Shown here: one piece after another, positions 1-13,200 of the stretch
Layout: each line of letters starts with the position of its first letter
Numbering within the stretch: position 1 is the stretch's first letter
DNA from: Tubulanus polymorphus
Taxonomy: Eukaryota > Animalia > Nemertea
Length of the DNA: 64,000 bases
Assembly (NCBI RefSeq): GCF_964204645.1
Contig: NC_134031.1
Span: 3,906,001-3,970,000, forward strand
Direction: 5' to 3'
Notes under the pieces: model-generated
Databases searched by the model: none
The model's input: only the letters and a program-made list of their open reading frames with translations
What the model was told of the DNA's origin: nothing
Position numbers and translations under genes: made by a program

Positions 1-95
1 TCTTATTTCGATCAAAATCAGGCCATTCAGACTATTAAATATTTTTCTGTCGATTAAGCGCTTGGTTAAAAAAACCTAAAACAGTTAAGACGTAC

Positions 96-378
96 TATCA
101 GCCGCGTCGTCTTTATGGCGTGGTCTTTCGTTGGTTGACTCGTATTCCGGAGGAGGCTGTTGCGGGGGAGGCCGCTTCGGAGGATCCGCGTCCGAATTCG
201 CTGATGTTTCGGGTCGACCCGACGAATTCGTATTCAAATCGGTACGCTGTCTCCATTGACCCGGCGTCTCGTAATGGGCGGGATTACCCGCCGTCCCGTC
301 TGGTTGAAACTGTTCCATGTCTTCGTGTCCGATCTTATGTCCGTACATTTAACGCGATGACGATAACTAGTCCCAGAT
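96..378 (-). CDS. Probable first coding exon (ATG 348, donor after 96) of an unidentified gene continuing off the left edge; disordered Pro-rich N-terminus with a PPxY (PPEY) motif
   Basis: Strong acceptor (pyrimidine tract...ccaccgtag) at 379+; ORF MYGHKIGHED...PPPQQPPPEY...DDAAD; phase-1 donor GATA|gtacgt; candidate upstream non-coding exon ending at donor CTG|gtaagg at 1330. Confidence 0.5.
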
Positions 379-443
379 CTACGGTGGAAAATGAAAAAAA
401 AGAAAGAAATAGACATTCGTTACCCGTCTGACGCGCGAATCAA

Positions 444-726
444 TAGCAGCGATCACACGGAGACGATTTTGCCCGGGCAAACTTGGCACGGATCAGGCTC
501 GGGCCAAATTTGGCCCGCGCCTAATTAGAGAGCGCATTCACACGCAAACCATTCCCTCGATACTCAGCAATGCTAAAACAAAGCGAAGTGGATCATTTCC
601 GGTGCCAGTCAAACGCAATCATTTGTCTGGTGCTAAAATTTGGCTTGGGCCCATTTGGCACCCGTGTGAACATTTGTTCCGGGCCAAATTTGGCCTGGGC
701 CAAAAACGCTTGTGTGATCGCGGCTA
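444..726. mobile_element. MITE, family A (TIR TAGCMGCGATCACAC); degenerate copies at ~2795-2991 (inverted) and ~17420-17660
   Basis: tagcagcgatcacac...tgtgtgatcgcggcta termini; internal ggccaaatttggccc motifs shared by all three copies. Confidence 0.75.
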
Positions 727-2541
727 ATATTAATAGCATCATGCGACTATCCACTGACTAGATTTTCAGACAAGTCTACGAAATGGAATATGTTCTTAGA
801 AGCCTGATACAAAATAAGCCATCTTCGCATGAGTTCCGGTGGAGAAAAATTTTCAAGGCCTTCGCCCAGAGTGGTCTCCAAAATTGCAATGTCGTGTTAT
901 TTGTTTTTGATTGATTAATGATTAATTTCTTCAAAAATCTTTTGATTTTTATTTTCTGAACTTATCATCGATCCTCCACGTCGTGTCTGAAGTGGAGCTA
1001 TTCTACCAATGTCCCAGCTATTCGAGTAGGTGAAAAAATAAACAATTCATTTACAAGTTATTATAAAAAACAGTTATTATTCATCATAATATTTTATGCC
1101 ACAATTAGACCCTATTAACGAATTATTTCAATTCTACTATTTCCAAAAATGATCGGTTGCTAGGGTGTTAGGTAGATAAATGAAAGGTAATCTTACTACA
1201 CAAAATCTTTTCAAGCCAATTAAAGACTTAGGTATTTGAAAATGAAAATTTTCTAAAGAATCAAAAATTTCGAAAAACAAATCTAAGCGCGACTTTGGAA
1301 ATATTCACTAATTTCAAAGATAGCCTTACCAGTTGAGGTGATCGATTCCCCGCGCAGAATGAGTATAGAAGTATACTGCGAGTGCACGTATTCAAACCGG
1401 CAAACCAGTTGGCATTACCAGTACGTAGTATAAAAACATATACACAGCGCAATGGGACATTGTGTGACGACTGAGCTAGACAACAGCACCGTCACAATAC
1501 GACAGAATAAGCGTCCGAGTCCAATCATAATGCCATTAGAACGAAATAATGCGTATTTATTGATATTCATTATGTTGGCGTTGGTTTTGGTTGATTGAAT
1601 TTTAAAAACCGGGTTGCCATTAGCGTCGCTAAAAACAAGAAATCTAATTTGAACTATTTACTGGTTCGAGTTCTACTTATAAATACGAAGAATACACTAG
1701 GGCTAAAAAAGGATACAAATATTATAGCACCTTCTTTATGAACTCGAATCGCTATTGAGTGATTTTAGACTTATATAATATATATATATATCTTTCATTC
1801 AGGTCAAATCCTATGATTAATGGAAATATCATAAACAGTAAAAACTCTCTGTATAGTGAACGCCAGTGGTACCGAGCTAAAAGTGTTTACTATTCTGTGT
1901 GTTCACTGTTCACTACTATAGGGAGGTACTGATGTATGTTTTTTAGATATAGCTTTCCATAGCCATAGCTTTTCCTAGGCCAGGAAAAAATTCATATGGA
2001 ATGACTATTTCCATTAGTAAACGTGACAACACCCGTGAAGACCACATCAAAAGGACCTCAAACAGGGGCGGGTCGTGGATCCAAGGGGTTTAAGCGGCCC
2101 TTTTTGCAAGCATCATCTTTTCATTACTTTTTGATACTTAATCACTGTTCAAAAGATGCTAGGAAATCTCTTCTAGAGGGCCTTTAGTTCAACATTTTCT
2201 TGGGGAGGATCTTCAGAGACCCCTGCAAAAATGCTTCATGCCGTTGACGCTCTTGTTGTACAAGGCACATAGCCAGTAAATTTATAAATAAGGCCACCCT
2301 ATATGAAATTCCTAGATCCCGCTGATAAAGGGTGAAAAATCAATCACTTTTGCTCTTTATTTTTGTAGAGCGTGATGATACTGCCAAAACATGCATATCC
2401 AAAAGTTCACAGGGATACGGGAACGATCAGCTTCGCGGAAAACGCATTTAAAACCACTCAGAATTCTCGCCGGGGACATACAGCGGTTTTCATGCATCGC
2501 GCACTCCGGCAGTGACAGCAAACCAAACAACTCACTAAATC

Positions 2542-2555
2542 GTTGCCATGGTTAC
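2542..2555. promoter_or_regulatory. RFX X-box motif GTTGCCATGGTTAC
   Basis: Close match to the palindromic X-box GTTGCCATGGCAAC; target unknown. Confidence 0.4.
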
Positions 2556-5072
2556 AGCCACAGAATCAACGTCGTCGTCGTGGCGATGTGTTTATCATCG
2601 ATAAATCCGACGACCCTGGATTCCGCCAAAAATGTCACCATCTATAAATATCGTCATTCCCAAGGTTAATCGATACCGTTAGTGATCTAGTGTAGAGATG
2701 CGCACTCGGGGATGATCGCAGTTATCCATACGTGCATGCTTCATTTCATCGACCATCAACACTTCCGTCTATACCGACCGGTACACGCTTTTATTAGCCG
2801 CGATCGCAATTTATGGCCTGAGCCAATTTAGGCCCGGAACAACTGAAAACACTGGTGTCACAGGCATGGGCCCATGCCTGGATCAAATAATTGCATATGA
2901 ATTTCAACTGGGTCGGAAATGACTCAAACGCGCTCTTTAATCACGGGCCAAATTTGACTCGGGCCTGATCTGCGCCAGGTCAAATCGTCTCTGGGGCACT
3001 CAAGTGCCATCTGATGGCATCGAAATTTCAAAAATTTTCCAAATCCTTTAATTTCAGCTTCCTCTACATCGTTAGCTCTGTGTGGAATGACAACACTACG
3101 CCATTTTCGTCTCCAAGTGCCTTCTCCTGGATCTGCCCCTAGTATCTGTTCAGAGAACTTTCATACGCCACCTGGCCCTTTTGATTCTTAAATAAGATCA
3201 AATATCACTGCATCTTACTCGTTCATTACCCAGCGATCTATGTATGATATATATAGCAGGAGTATAGATTTAAAATGGCTACCCGTACCGGCATCCACCT
3301 CGTCTGAGGCTTTTGAAAAAAATTGATAACTTGTTTCTCATTTCATTATCTACCCCGTACATAACTTTTTTTTTTCAAATCAGGACCAAACTTATCATAA
3401 CAGACACCCGGCAGCTGTAGAAATGAACTGATAGCAAATCTTATTGCAGTTTACTAAACTCGCCGATTAGGAGAAACTAGGCATCAGTAGAAGAGGTAGT
3501 ACTCCAAAGTAGAAGAGATCCGGTTTTGACCTCCTGCCCCATGGTTGTGTTGGTGGTAAGCTTGCATAAAGTGGTAAGCTTGACGTGCACAGGATTTTCT
3601 TCAAAAATCAAATAAAATTTGTAAAAGCCTTTTCAGCTAAATATTTCGAAAAGGCGCCCATTTTTGAATGGTGAGGCAGTCAAATTGGATCATTCTCGAC
3701 CCCGTGCTTATGCCTCTAAGGTGCCCCTCATCCATTTTTCGTGATATTTGCCCTATCTGAGCAGAAGCATGTTTTGCCTGTCAAACTTGAAGTTCCTAAA
3801 ATTTGCTTTAAAAATTACTCACTATAGATTAAAAAGGGGATTCAATCGCACACCCCTTGAAACCCCTGCGTTCAGCCATGCCCGAATAATTAGGTAGGCT
3901 TATAGCAAGCAGTAAACTTAGAGCCCGCTAAAGCCCCACTAATAATTGTAGTAGCATTTGATTACCGACATGCATTAAGAATCCTCACCGCTTATCTACC
4001 CTTGAAAACGACCCTGGATATCTTATAAATAGCAGAGATCATTGACTCACTAAACGAAAATAGATCGTTCTACCTCCGCTGCATTACAGTAATAAACTTA
4101 ACACGTAAAAATATACATAATACTACAGAAATACATCTCATAGGCTAACAATGTATGTACAAACGATGGTAGGCCAGTGTGCATGCATCCCCGATGAGCC
4201 ACACAGGGCGCACACACCTCGCCGATTTTGTAACAAAACATTTTTTGGAAAACGTGTTATGAAAGTTCCGTCTGGAAGCATCTAAATCCATTGAATTCTC
4301 CAGGGAAATGGCTCCAGAAGCCATGCATAACACCTGACTTGTACGTTATATAGTTTGAAAACTGCGGTTTCTGTAAACGATGCCCCCCTTCCAAAAAGGC
4401 TGACAGGAATACACTTTCACATGGTTGATGAAATGCTTGATTTAATTTAAGTCATACAGGTCATGCAAGTTGCCAAGTAGCCGAGAACTGGCTGGGTGCA
4501 GTCGAGGATTCATTAAAAACATCAAACATCTCTTTGTGCTACAGTAAACCTTGCCCTACTCGGACACGGCCAACTCGGACTTCCGACTTACTCGCGCAAA
4601 AACGAAATCATTTTTGTGAATTCCTAACGTATTTTCCTATCCTTAACTTGGACTTTGTTTACCACGGACCAATTTTGCTGGTTTGTCCGAGATGGGCAAG
4701 GTTTACCAGCCAGTACCAATAGGGGGAAATCGTGAAATGAATACCGTATTCTTAATTTCACTGAAGCGCTACAAATGATTCCAATCACTGTGTCCACTGA
4801 CATTACTGGGCAACAGTTAAATATTGCCAATCATTGGCGAGAATGGTATCAATGTCTGACTTAAGGCTAGTCTAGTATCTAGCTGCTGTTCATCAGACAA
4901 GTTGCAGGGGGGCCGCGTAAACTTCTGGTATTCAGACTAACTTAAGGCAATTGTGATCTCAAAGATTCATGGATTTAGATTAGAAGCAACTTCCAAATTT
5001 GTCACCATCTTCAGCTCGCTCAAAGAGTCGTCTCAAGGCAATGAAAAAGAGCATTCATTGGTCTCAGCAACC

Positions 5073-5160
5073 ACACGGGCCCGACCCTAAAAGTTTTTGA
5101 CCCCAGTATCCTAGGTACTATATACTGGGGTCAAAAACTTTTTGTGTCAGGCTCCTGTGT
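5073..5160. repeat. Short hairpin / mini-MITE
   Basis: aaaagtttttgaccccagtat...atactggggtcaaaaactttt inverted arms. Confidence 0.7.
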
Positions 5161-5357
5161 TAGCAACGGTAAATTCAGATCGAGCGCAAGTCAGAAAAAC
5201 AGCATCAGAAAAATAGCCATCCCGGCCACAACACAAGGACTTGTATCAGAGTTGTAGGTAAAAACGATAATCTGTTAATCCAATGTCTGTTATCTTATAT
5301 ATGCCATAGACATTGGATTAACAGATTATCGTTTTTGTATTACCAGTTGGTACATAC

Positions 5358-5616
5358 AACTCTGATACGAGCCGCTGTGATCCCGGCTTGAAATTTTGGA
5401 GGGCAAATGATTTTGACGCGTGCCACTCTGTCGATTGTCTGCGTAGATGAGGATGAAAGTAAGGTATTGCACGATATAAAAAGTGGAGGGCAAGTTAATA
5501 CAGTTAAATAGAGTTTTTCGATTTTTACCTGCACCGGATTCATCAGAAGGCGCCGCATCATCTTGACCAACTCTATGAAAACTAGTACCCCCACGATCTT
5601 TTGCACCATCAGCCAT
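5358..5616 (-). CDS. Two small coding exons (~5530-5616, ~5358-5438) of an unidentified minus-strand gene, possibly an alternative N-terminus of the gene at the left edge
   Basis: Acceptor tcttccag at ~5673; ATG 5616 MADGAKDRGG...; donor GCAG|gtaaaa; acceptor ctacgcag; phase-1 donor AGTT|gtatgt. Confidence 0.4.
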
Positions 5617-6104
5617 CGAATGCAGACACTTAAGACTTTAATCTCGGGAGCTGGCCGACTCACTCGCACCACTGGAAGACGGTGGATTTTTTGAAGAATT
5701 AGGGAAGAAAAAATGATACGGAGATGCTTTCTTTAATCCATCAAATAGTGGCTGTTGATTTTGCCTCCCACCAGATCGAATCTTTCCAGTCATTTTCATC
5801 GTTTTTCTTTCCGAGCAATCAACCGATATTGTATTAGATTTTCTTCAGATAAAGAATACTTAAATGTTTTTTTGAATATGCAACGAAAATTGGTGATGAA
5901 TGATGCATTTCAGGGCCATTTAACTTTAGTTGAGACGAACGATATCGAATCGTGTTAATATGCAGTGGGAGTTAGAGTGAAGTGTGATGGCAGCACTTGG
6001 TGGCTTTATGTGTGTATACAACCATCCAGTGGCTCGAAATTTGAATAGTAGCTTAGACCCTCCCCAATACCTAGGGAAGGGAAATGTTTACCTTTTTTTT
6101 TAAA

Positions 6105-6470
6105 AGTATTTTTCTGCGGCTTTACTTTTTCCAAAACAATTTTTCTGTGACTTCATTTTCTTATGTCAATTTTTCTGCGACTTAATTTTTTTCAAAACAA
6201 TTTTTCTGGATTTCTCTGTCCATTTTTCAGCGACTTTATTTTTTCCAAAACGATTTTGTTATGACTATATCTTTTTCCTGGGTTTATATATGAACTGAGC
6301 AGTTCGGAGGAAAATTTAAGTTGTAGAAAAATCGTTTTGAAAAAATCTGAAGTTGCCGAAAATGATTTTGAAAAAACTAAAGCTAAGAAAAATTGGAAGA
6401 AAAAAATAGAAGTTGCAGAAAAATCGGAAGAAAAAAATTTGATTGCAGAAAAATTGTTTCGAAAAATCAT
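6105..6470. repeat. Foldback of ~30 bp degenerate tandem units (tttttctgcgactt...caaaac) followed by their reverse complements
   Basis: T-rich repeat array 6105-6280 mirrored by an A-rich array 6310-6470. Confidence 0.65.
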
Positions 6471-7217
6471 GTTCTAGTCACATCCCTAAGACTAAACCAG
6501 TAATCCCATCTATTTTTAGTAGAACTTTGCTGAGATATTGGTCAATCGGAGCAGGGAAGTTCAATGAGATTACATTATACTTCCCTGATAAGCTTCTATT
6601 CAACTACAAGCCTCTGTGTATCATTCTTGATGAAAACTTTCATGAAAGGTGTACTGGTAGCCTAATTCACAAAAAATACAGGCTCCTTACACAAGATATT
6701 ATTTACCATAATAAAAGTTTGAAATATTTGTCGTTTCATTAACATATTCTCGGTCCATCCTTCAGCAACCCATGATATTCTCGACTCTTCTATTCCAAAT
6801 TTATGAATAAAGGCGAATGAATGGTGAATTAATTAATTCATAAATAAATTATCCATGTTCAATTGTGATCACAAAGTTTATTTCAACGTTATCAATTAAC
6901 AAACTAATCATATAGATAATATATATGTATATATATAAATATTAACATAAATTCACTAAGACTTATAATGAATTTTCTTATATTAATCACAGGTGAAAGA
7001 TACATGAAATGAGTCACGTAAGACATACGTAGCCTAATCAAAATAATCAAAAACAGTACCAGCAGTTAGTCCATGTAAATAAAGATAAATTTTCTAAATG
7101 GACGGAAAAGGTCAATATACAATGAGGCAAGTCAAAACAAGATTTATACACACTGGTAGCCTCATTTATCTTTTTATCTGATGGACGGATTTTGCAACGG
7201 AAATTAGTCGACACGTT

Positions 7218-10200
7218 TCAGTAAAGTTTTTTCACTTTATCTACGGATTCAGCCCAGCTGTCGGTCCAGCGTTTTTCTTCGATCAAAAACAGATTTTTCT
7301 CATTTTCGATGTCAAGCAGCATTTTTTCGAAGAAACTCTTATAGTCCTCGTAACACTTTTTCCTCGCCGTTATCAAAGCGTTGTGACCCATTGTTGTTTT
7401 ACAGGTAGTAACGGACGCAGTGTGTTTCAGTTGATCGGAGTTCTCCACGACGGTCATCTCGTTTTGTGGAATTCCTAAAATGCAGCATAACATGATTGTC
7501 GACTGACATTGAATTCAATAGTTTAAACAAGGGGTGTAACCATCAGTCTAACATGCCTCAAGCTTAACCGCGTTATAACACACCTCAGGGGACTTTTTTC
7601 AGAGAAGACACCTTTCATTGACCTTTATATCGGTAAGAGGGCAGGGCAGTGCCTGCTCTCCAAATCTACACTGATTATCTTGTATAGTATATGCACAATT
7701 TGAGTTGAGTAGGCCGCTTTCAACAAATTAACAAAATAAATCAGCAGATGGTTAAGCCTATACCTATATACCGGTACATGAAATATAATGTTTAATCAGG
7801 ATTTTTAAAACTGAATAATTTTTCTTAGCTGGATGATCAGGGATCAAGTGGGGGTCTAATGTATGTAGTTCATTCTAAGTATATTCACCTGGCCATTTAT
7901 TCTTTCCACGCGGAATTAGTGTTTTAGATTCATCATCCTCGAGTGGTAGACCGGCTTGTTTACGTCGGATTAGTTCAGATGTCGGAAATTTCTTCGCTTC
8001 CGTTCCTTAAAATGGAAAAAGAAAAAATATATCAAGAAATCTTTCTTCCAGGTGGGACGTCATAGATACTGGTTCAATCTTAACTGCAATCTGAGCCAAT
8101 CTATTTAGCAGGACAATTCACAATTCATATTGAATTCAGCAATAATTTGTTCCCATTTTATGGTTTCATCTTAAAAAAAAATAGCTAAAAAAATGTTCTG
8201 GTGAATTGGCAATAAAGTTACTCTGAGTATTAAGGTATATAGAAGAGCCTAAACCAGATCAAGAGAAAATTGATAGAATAGATAGATTTTTGGAGATATC
8301 AAGAAATCCATAATCAAAAGACATTTTGACAATCCGGATGACACATAGTGGAATTTTCTGCTGGGCAATAATTGCTAATTATTCCTTTTTATCAACACGT
8401 ACTTCCTTTGTTCACATCATCAATTGTTAAAAGATTGTCGAACTGAAGCAATAGTTGTTCACTGGTACCGGATAGGTGGCGCACAAAGTCAGACGCTAGT
8501 TCTTCAGCGCAGTCCTGTCATCAAAAGCACCGACATAAATGAAATAAAAACAATACAAAGATAAACACGTGTACGTAATCGAAACAGTCATTCAGTGAAA
8601 TAGCTTCCTAGCTCAACAGTTCTGAGTTAAGATTTAACTTGAGGTCATCGCAAATGAACATCTGACTCCTTGGATTGTGAAACTTGGTTTTGTGCCATTT
8701 ACTGTAAATGTTTCAGGGCGCTATAACTTACATGACGTTGAGTGATGTATTGCTCAACTCCTTGTAGATAATCCTCATGCCTTTCACCTTCTAAATTACA
8801 CAGTTCTAACATATCTGCGTATTGTTGAGGATGTCCCAGTGTCGGACGTAACAGATTTTTATACTCGAACTATAATAAAAAGTAACAAACATTATTCAAG
8901 CACTAATATCACGTTAACCTTATTCAATATTTCTCTGAATTTAAACAGACCTTTTTCGTTTCCCAGTCAGTACTCTTGATTTCAAATTCTTTTTGACGTT
9001 GCTGTTGAGCATTCTTCGACTTCTGTATTTGAATACTAACGACTTCCTCCACGATCAACGCAGGAACGCGAGCAATCAATCGTTCCAACTTCTCCAGTTG
9101 AACGCGGAATTCTGTAGCAAAGAAAGCGAATAAGATATCTGACAAATGCTGCATCTGAATTCAAAGCTGTCCAACATTGTAATAAGTTCCTACATAATGG
9201 CTATATGCACAAAAATATTCAGTCTCCTCAGGCTATGAATATGCGAATTGCAAGGGGTCGAGGCCCTCTTTATCTCCTTCACAGTTCTTTGTAAAGCAAG
9301 AGTACAAGAGGAATGAAACATGTGTAGGACAGAGTCGAGGATAGGGAGTACACTACGTACCAACTGGAGTACTTTATATAGATTTCTAACCTTTACATTA
9401 AGAAATATAGTTAGAAGTTACAGTTAAAGGGAGGCTGCAATACTGGTACATCAAAACTGGGGATTTTTTCAGCCCAAAGGACTATGGAGGCAATATGAGA
9501 CATCCTGCGAGGAGGAATGGAAACCGCTGCCCTCAGTCGAAGTGGTCATGGGCCAAAGCAGAAAAGCATGGAAGACCACCATGAAAAGGTTTTTACTAAC
9601 GGTTCTCAAATGTTATAGTTTCTTGAAGTTTCTCTTCCATTGTGGTTTATATTCCAATGCAATGTTCTGGTATATTTACCTTGTAGACACTGATTCAGAT
9701 ATTCATCTGATTGATTATTATAAGACTGAAGTTTTTGTACGATCACTGTGGCGCATTCGTCGAACGTTTCCTGTAAAACTTGTGGTCGTGTGACGGCCCG
9801 ATGACTCTTCTGTCGGTAATAGGCCTGAAATAAAGTAAGCATCTAAAATGATCTGAAATGATACACATTGTTAGTACCAATCAACAGCTCTAATCTTAAT
9901 TCTTAACTCTAATGCATTTTAGGCATTCACCAATGTAGGGTGATAAAATTTGTGATATGGTTTCTGGCATTCGTAGTTCATTCATTAGTAATTCTGGAGT
10001 GAGGTTCAGAACAACGGGGACGCTAGTAGTTCAGTTTTCTTTACCTCCGCTGCAGTAAGCATTCCTTCAAGGGCTTTCTTCACTACCGATCTAATGGCAC
10101 CCATAAAATGGCTTTCATCGTCTTCATCATCCCAGTCTCCAAATACAAGCCATTTCTTGTCGATTTTAGCTCGGCCACCTCGTACTCGAGACCTAGAAAC

Positions 10201-13200
10201 AAGATCGCATATAGCATAACAATAAGGTACTTCGAGTGAGAAGATCTTTTCTTGTATTCAGTAGGATATTGATTACATTTTCTTAAATGATATAGTACAA
10301 AATCTTCAGTTCGTCATATCCAAGTTTATTATAACAAGGTTCACTGTGCGAAGTAAACATACCCTGCAGCTTGTCTTTTTGATGGTGTATCTGAGGTAAT
10401 AGATCCAGTTCCACTCCTGCGTGCTGAAGATTTTACATCAGTCGTTGATGCTCGTGACGTCAGCGATTTTCGTCGTTCAAAACTCTTATTGGCTGGAAAT
10501 ATTTTATACATCGTCATTGTACAGGATTGTCATTCATTTTTAAAGAGATGCTTACGGATATTAAAACAAGTTGCAATAACTTTCATTTGTTTTTTGTAAA
10601 TACAAGACCTCGCTGAATCTAACTTACTTGGTACTTGGAGCATGCCGTCCAATTCAGCTTCCAAACCAAATCTTAACTTACTCGTTTTCTGTGTCCTGAA
10701 ATTATCGATTCAAATGATTAGCAATTTTTTCTTTTTTAAGTATCATGAATGAGGCCTCTTTAACATAGCATAGTAAGCATAGATCCACTAGAACTTTCTC
10801 TCTGCTTGCCGGACAAAATCACATATGTTATGATATGATATGTTGGATAACCAAATCCCAGCAATGATGCTAAGCTAGTAAAAGAGAAGTCTACTGAGCT
10901 AGGTGAATGTCCTGAAACTCAAGACAGATACTCAGTACATACTTAAGAATATTTTTGATGACTCCAATAGATGGGTCTTCGACAGGCTGTTTTCCAGCTT
11001 TACTAATCGGTGCTATGTCAGTAGAAAAACCTACACGGACACCTGAAAATTAGAATCATACATTATATGCTGAAAGTCTTCATTACGCTTAAGAGCCAGA
11101 AATTTGATTACATGTTGAATCAATGGAAATAAGATGTATTTCTACCTTGCGCCGGTGCCCCTTGCATCGTTCCCGAGGATGGACGCATTTCTTGATCTTT
11201 CAAACTTTTCAAGTACAATCCGCGATTCATGAATGCTTCAAAAATCTCTTTCAAACTGTCATTCAACTCTGTTGGCGTAATTTGCTGGAGGAGAAATAGA
11301 GTACAGACGCATGAAATCTACGTTGAATTACTACTTAAATTTTTAAACCACCTAACAGGGCTGCGGACCTCTGAAAAGTGCTATGAGTAACAAATTGAAT
11401 TTTTTTCAGTAACATTTCATTGAAAAATGAAAGAAAATGTTCAATTAATCAGTTAAAAATAGTAAGACCTTCAGTAACATCTCTCATATTTCTGTATACA
11501 TCAAACAAATCAAATCAGTATTTCTAAAGACAAAAAAGTACCAAATACTGAAAAGCAGGAACAGTTGGCAGCTCCATGTCTAATATTTTCAATGAGCTAT
11601 ATGGTTGAAATAAAAAAAATATTCAAATCAAAAATTCTTTTAGGTTTACCTCTTTGTCCAAGTTCGGGCGTTCGCAAGCGTCAATCCTAGTTTCCAACTG
11701 ATCGATGTATTGAGCAAGCCGTTTTGCCATCGAATTACTGGCGGCGACTTCGGCTTTGATTCTCACTTGTGTATTCGTCAAAAAGCTGCTGATTTTCTCC
11801 ATGAAAACCAAATCAATCATATGATGCTTAAACCTATTCAAATGATAATGAAAGTCCGAATCAAATCTTACTCACAACCGTGCAACTGGGTTAGCTTGAA
11901 TATGAGACCTACCTGTCTTCGAATTCATGAGAAACTTTAGTCGCTTGTTCGAGCCTTTTCGATTCCATGCCTTCTAAGTCAGTCATTATGACCCCTTCCA
12001 TCGCGTCGATTTTGTGCGACATTTTCTCCAGCAACTTTCGATAATCTTCGATCTCTTCCGGGCAAAAATTTCCGCCATCAGAAAAAATTCTGCAAAGAAA
12101 TGAAATTATTCAGTAACATTCAATGATTAACACTGAAATGATAAACATGAAGGTTTTATCCAACATTCTTTGACATATTGATCAATTTTTGATTTTGTCT
12201 TAGTTTAATTTCGCAATTGAGTAATGAAAAAGTGACCACGGAAAAAGGAAAACATAGTATAAAATGTGAAAAACTAAACACGAAATATATAATGAGCACT
12301 ACTGATAGACCAGCTACACGCTGATGAAGCACCAGTATTTCTACGTGAACAAATGACTAACGTGATAATTTTCTGATATGACGACTGAATGAAAATGGAG
12401 GAAAAAACTGAGAATACTTACTTGAAAGATTTAATGAACCGTGCGTTTGAATCCCGTAACATCTGCAATGTGTCGTCGATGTGTTGTCTGAAGTTGCGCA
12501 ATGACGAACGGATCGTCGTCATGAAATTCTCCAACTCTTCGGCGAGTTTATGCTGTAAACTAACCAACCTGAGAAAAATCATAACATCAAAAAACAATTG
12601 AATTAAACAATTATAGTAATAGTAATATAATTTCTGTAATGAAAAGTGGACTCAATCATCCGCTGAGTTTCGCTCCAAGCGGGCTAGAAATGCTACCTAG
12701 AAGATTTTGTCGCCGTGATGAAAATCGTTTCCAGATTTTCGATATCTTCGCGGAATTTCAGCAGCAGTTTGTCGTGATCTTTCGACATGTCGTTGAATCT
12801 CTGTTTCAGATCATTCAGCGCTTGTGAGATACCTTTACAATGTCGCTGTACGCGTTCGGAATGCATTACCAATTCAGCTACAACAGAAATACATATCTTA
12901 AGACCTTAAATAGTCAGATCATTAGTTAGGACATGTCGAGAGGCAGGCTGCACCTCATCCTCCCCTGGCAGGGATTCGAACCTGATGGCATTGAGATTGC
13001 CACGGTACGAAACCCTGCCACACTAGACCAAAGTGCGCATGTACCTGCGCACCTGGTCTACTGTGGCAGGGGTTTGTGCCATGGCTGAGTGTAGCGATGC
13101 CATCAGGTTCGAATCCCTGCCGACGCAGGATGGCTGCACATTGAAGTACACTATTTGGTATTTTTTACAAGTTTCATGAGGCAGGTTCATGGTGGAAATT

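Noticed and set aside
2391-2669. 92 aa plus-strand ORF
   Set aside because: No recognisable motifs; the region looks regulatory (CpG-rich, X-box)
4145-4410. Possible minus-strand coding fragment
   Set aside because: Stops in all frames and no recognisable family
6105-6470. Spaced short repeats resembling a CRISPR array, and a 92 aa Phe-rich ORF
   Set aside because: Eukaryotic context, degenerate low-complexity units with no unique spacers, arranged as a foldback
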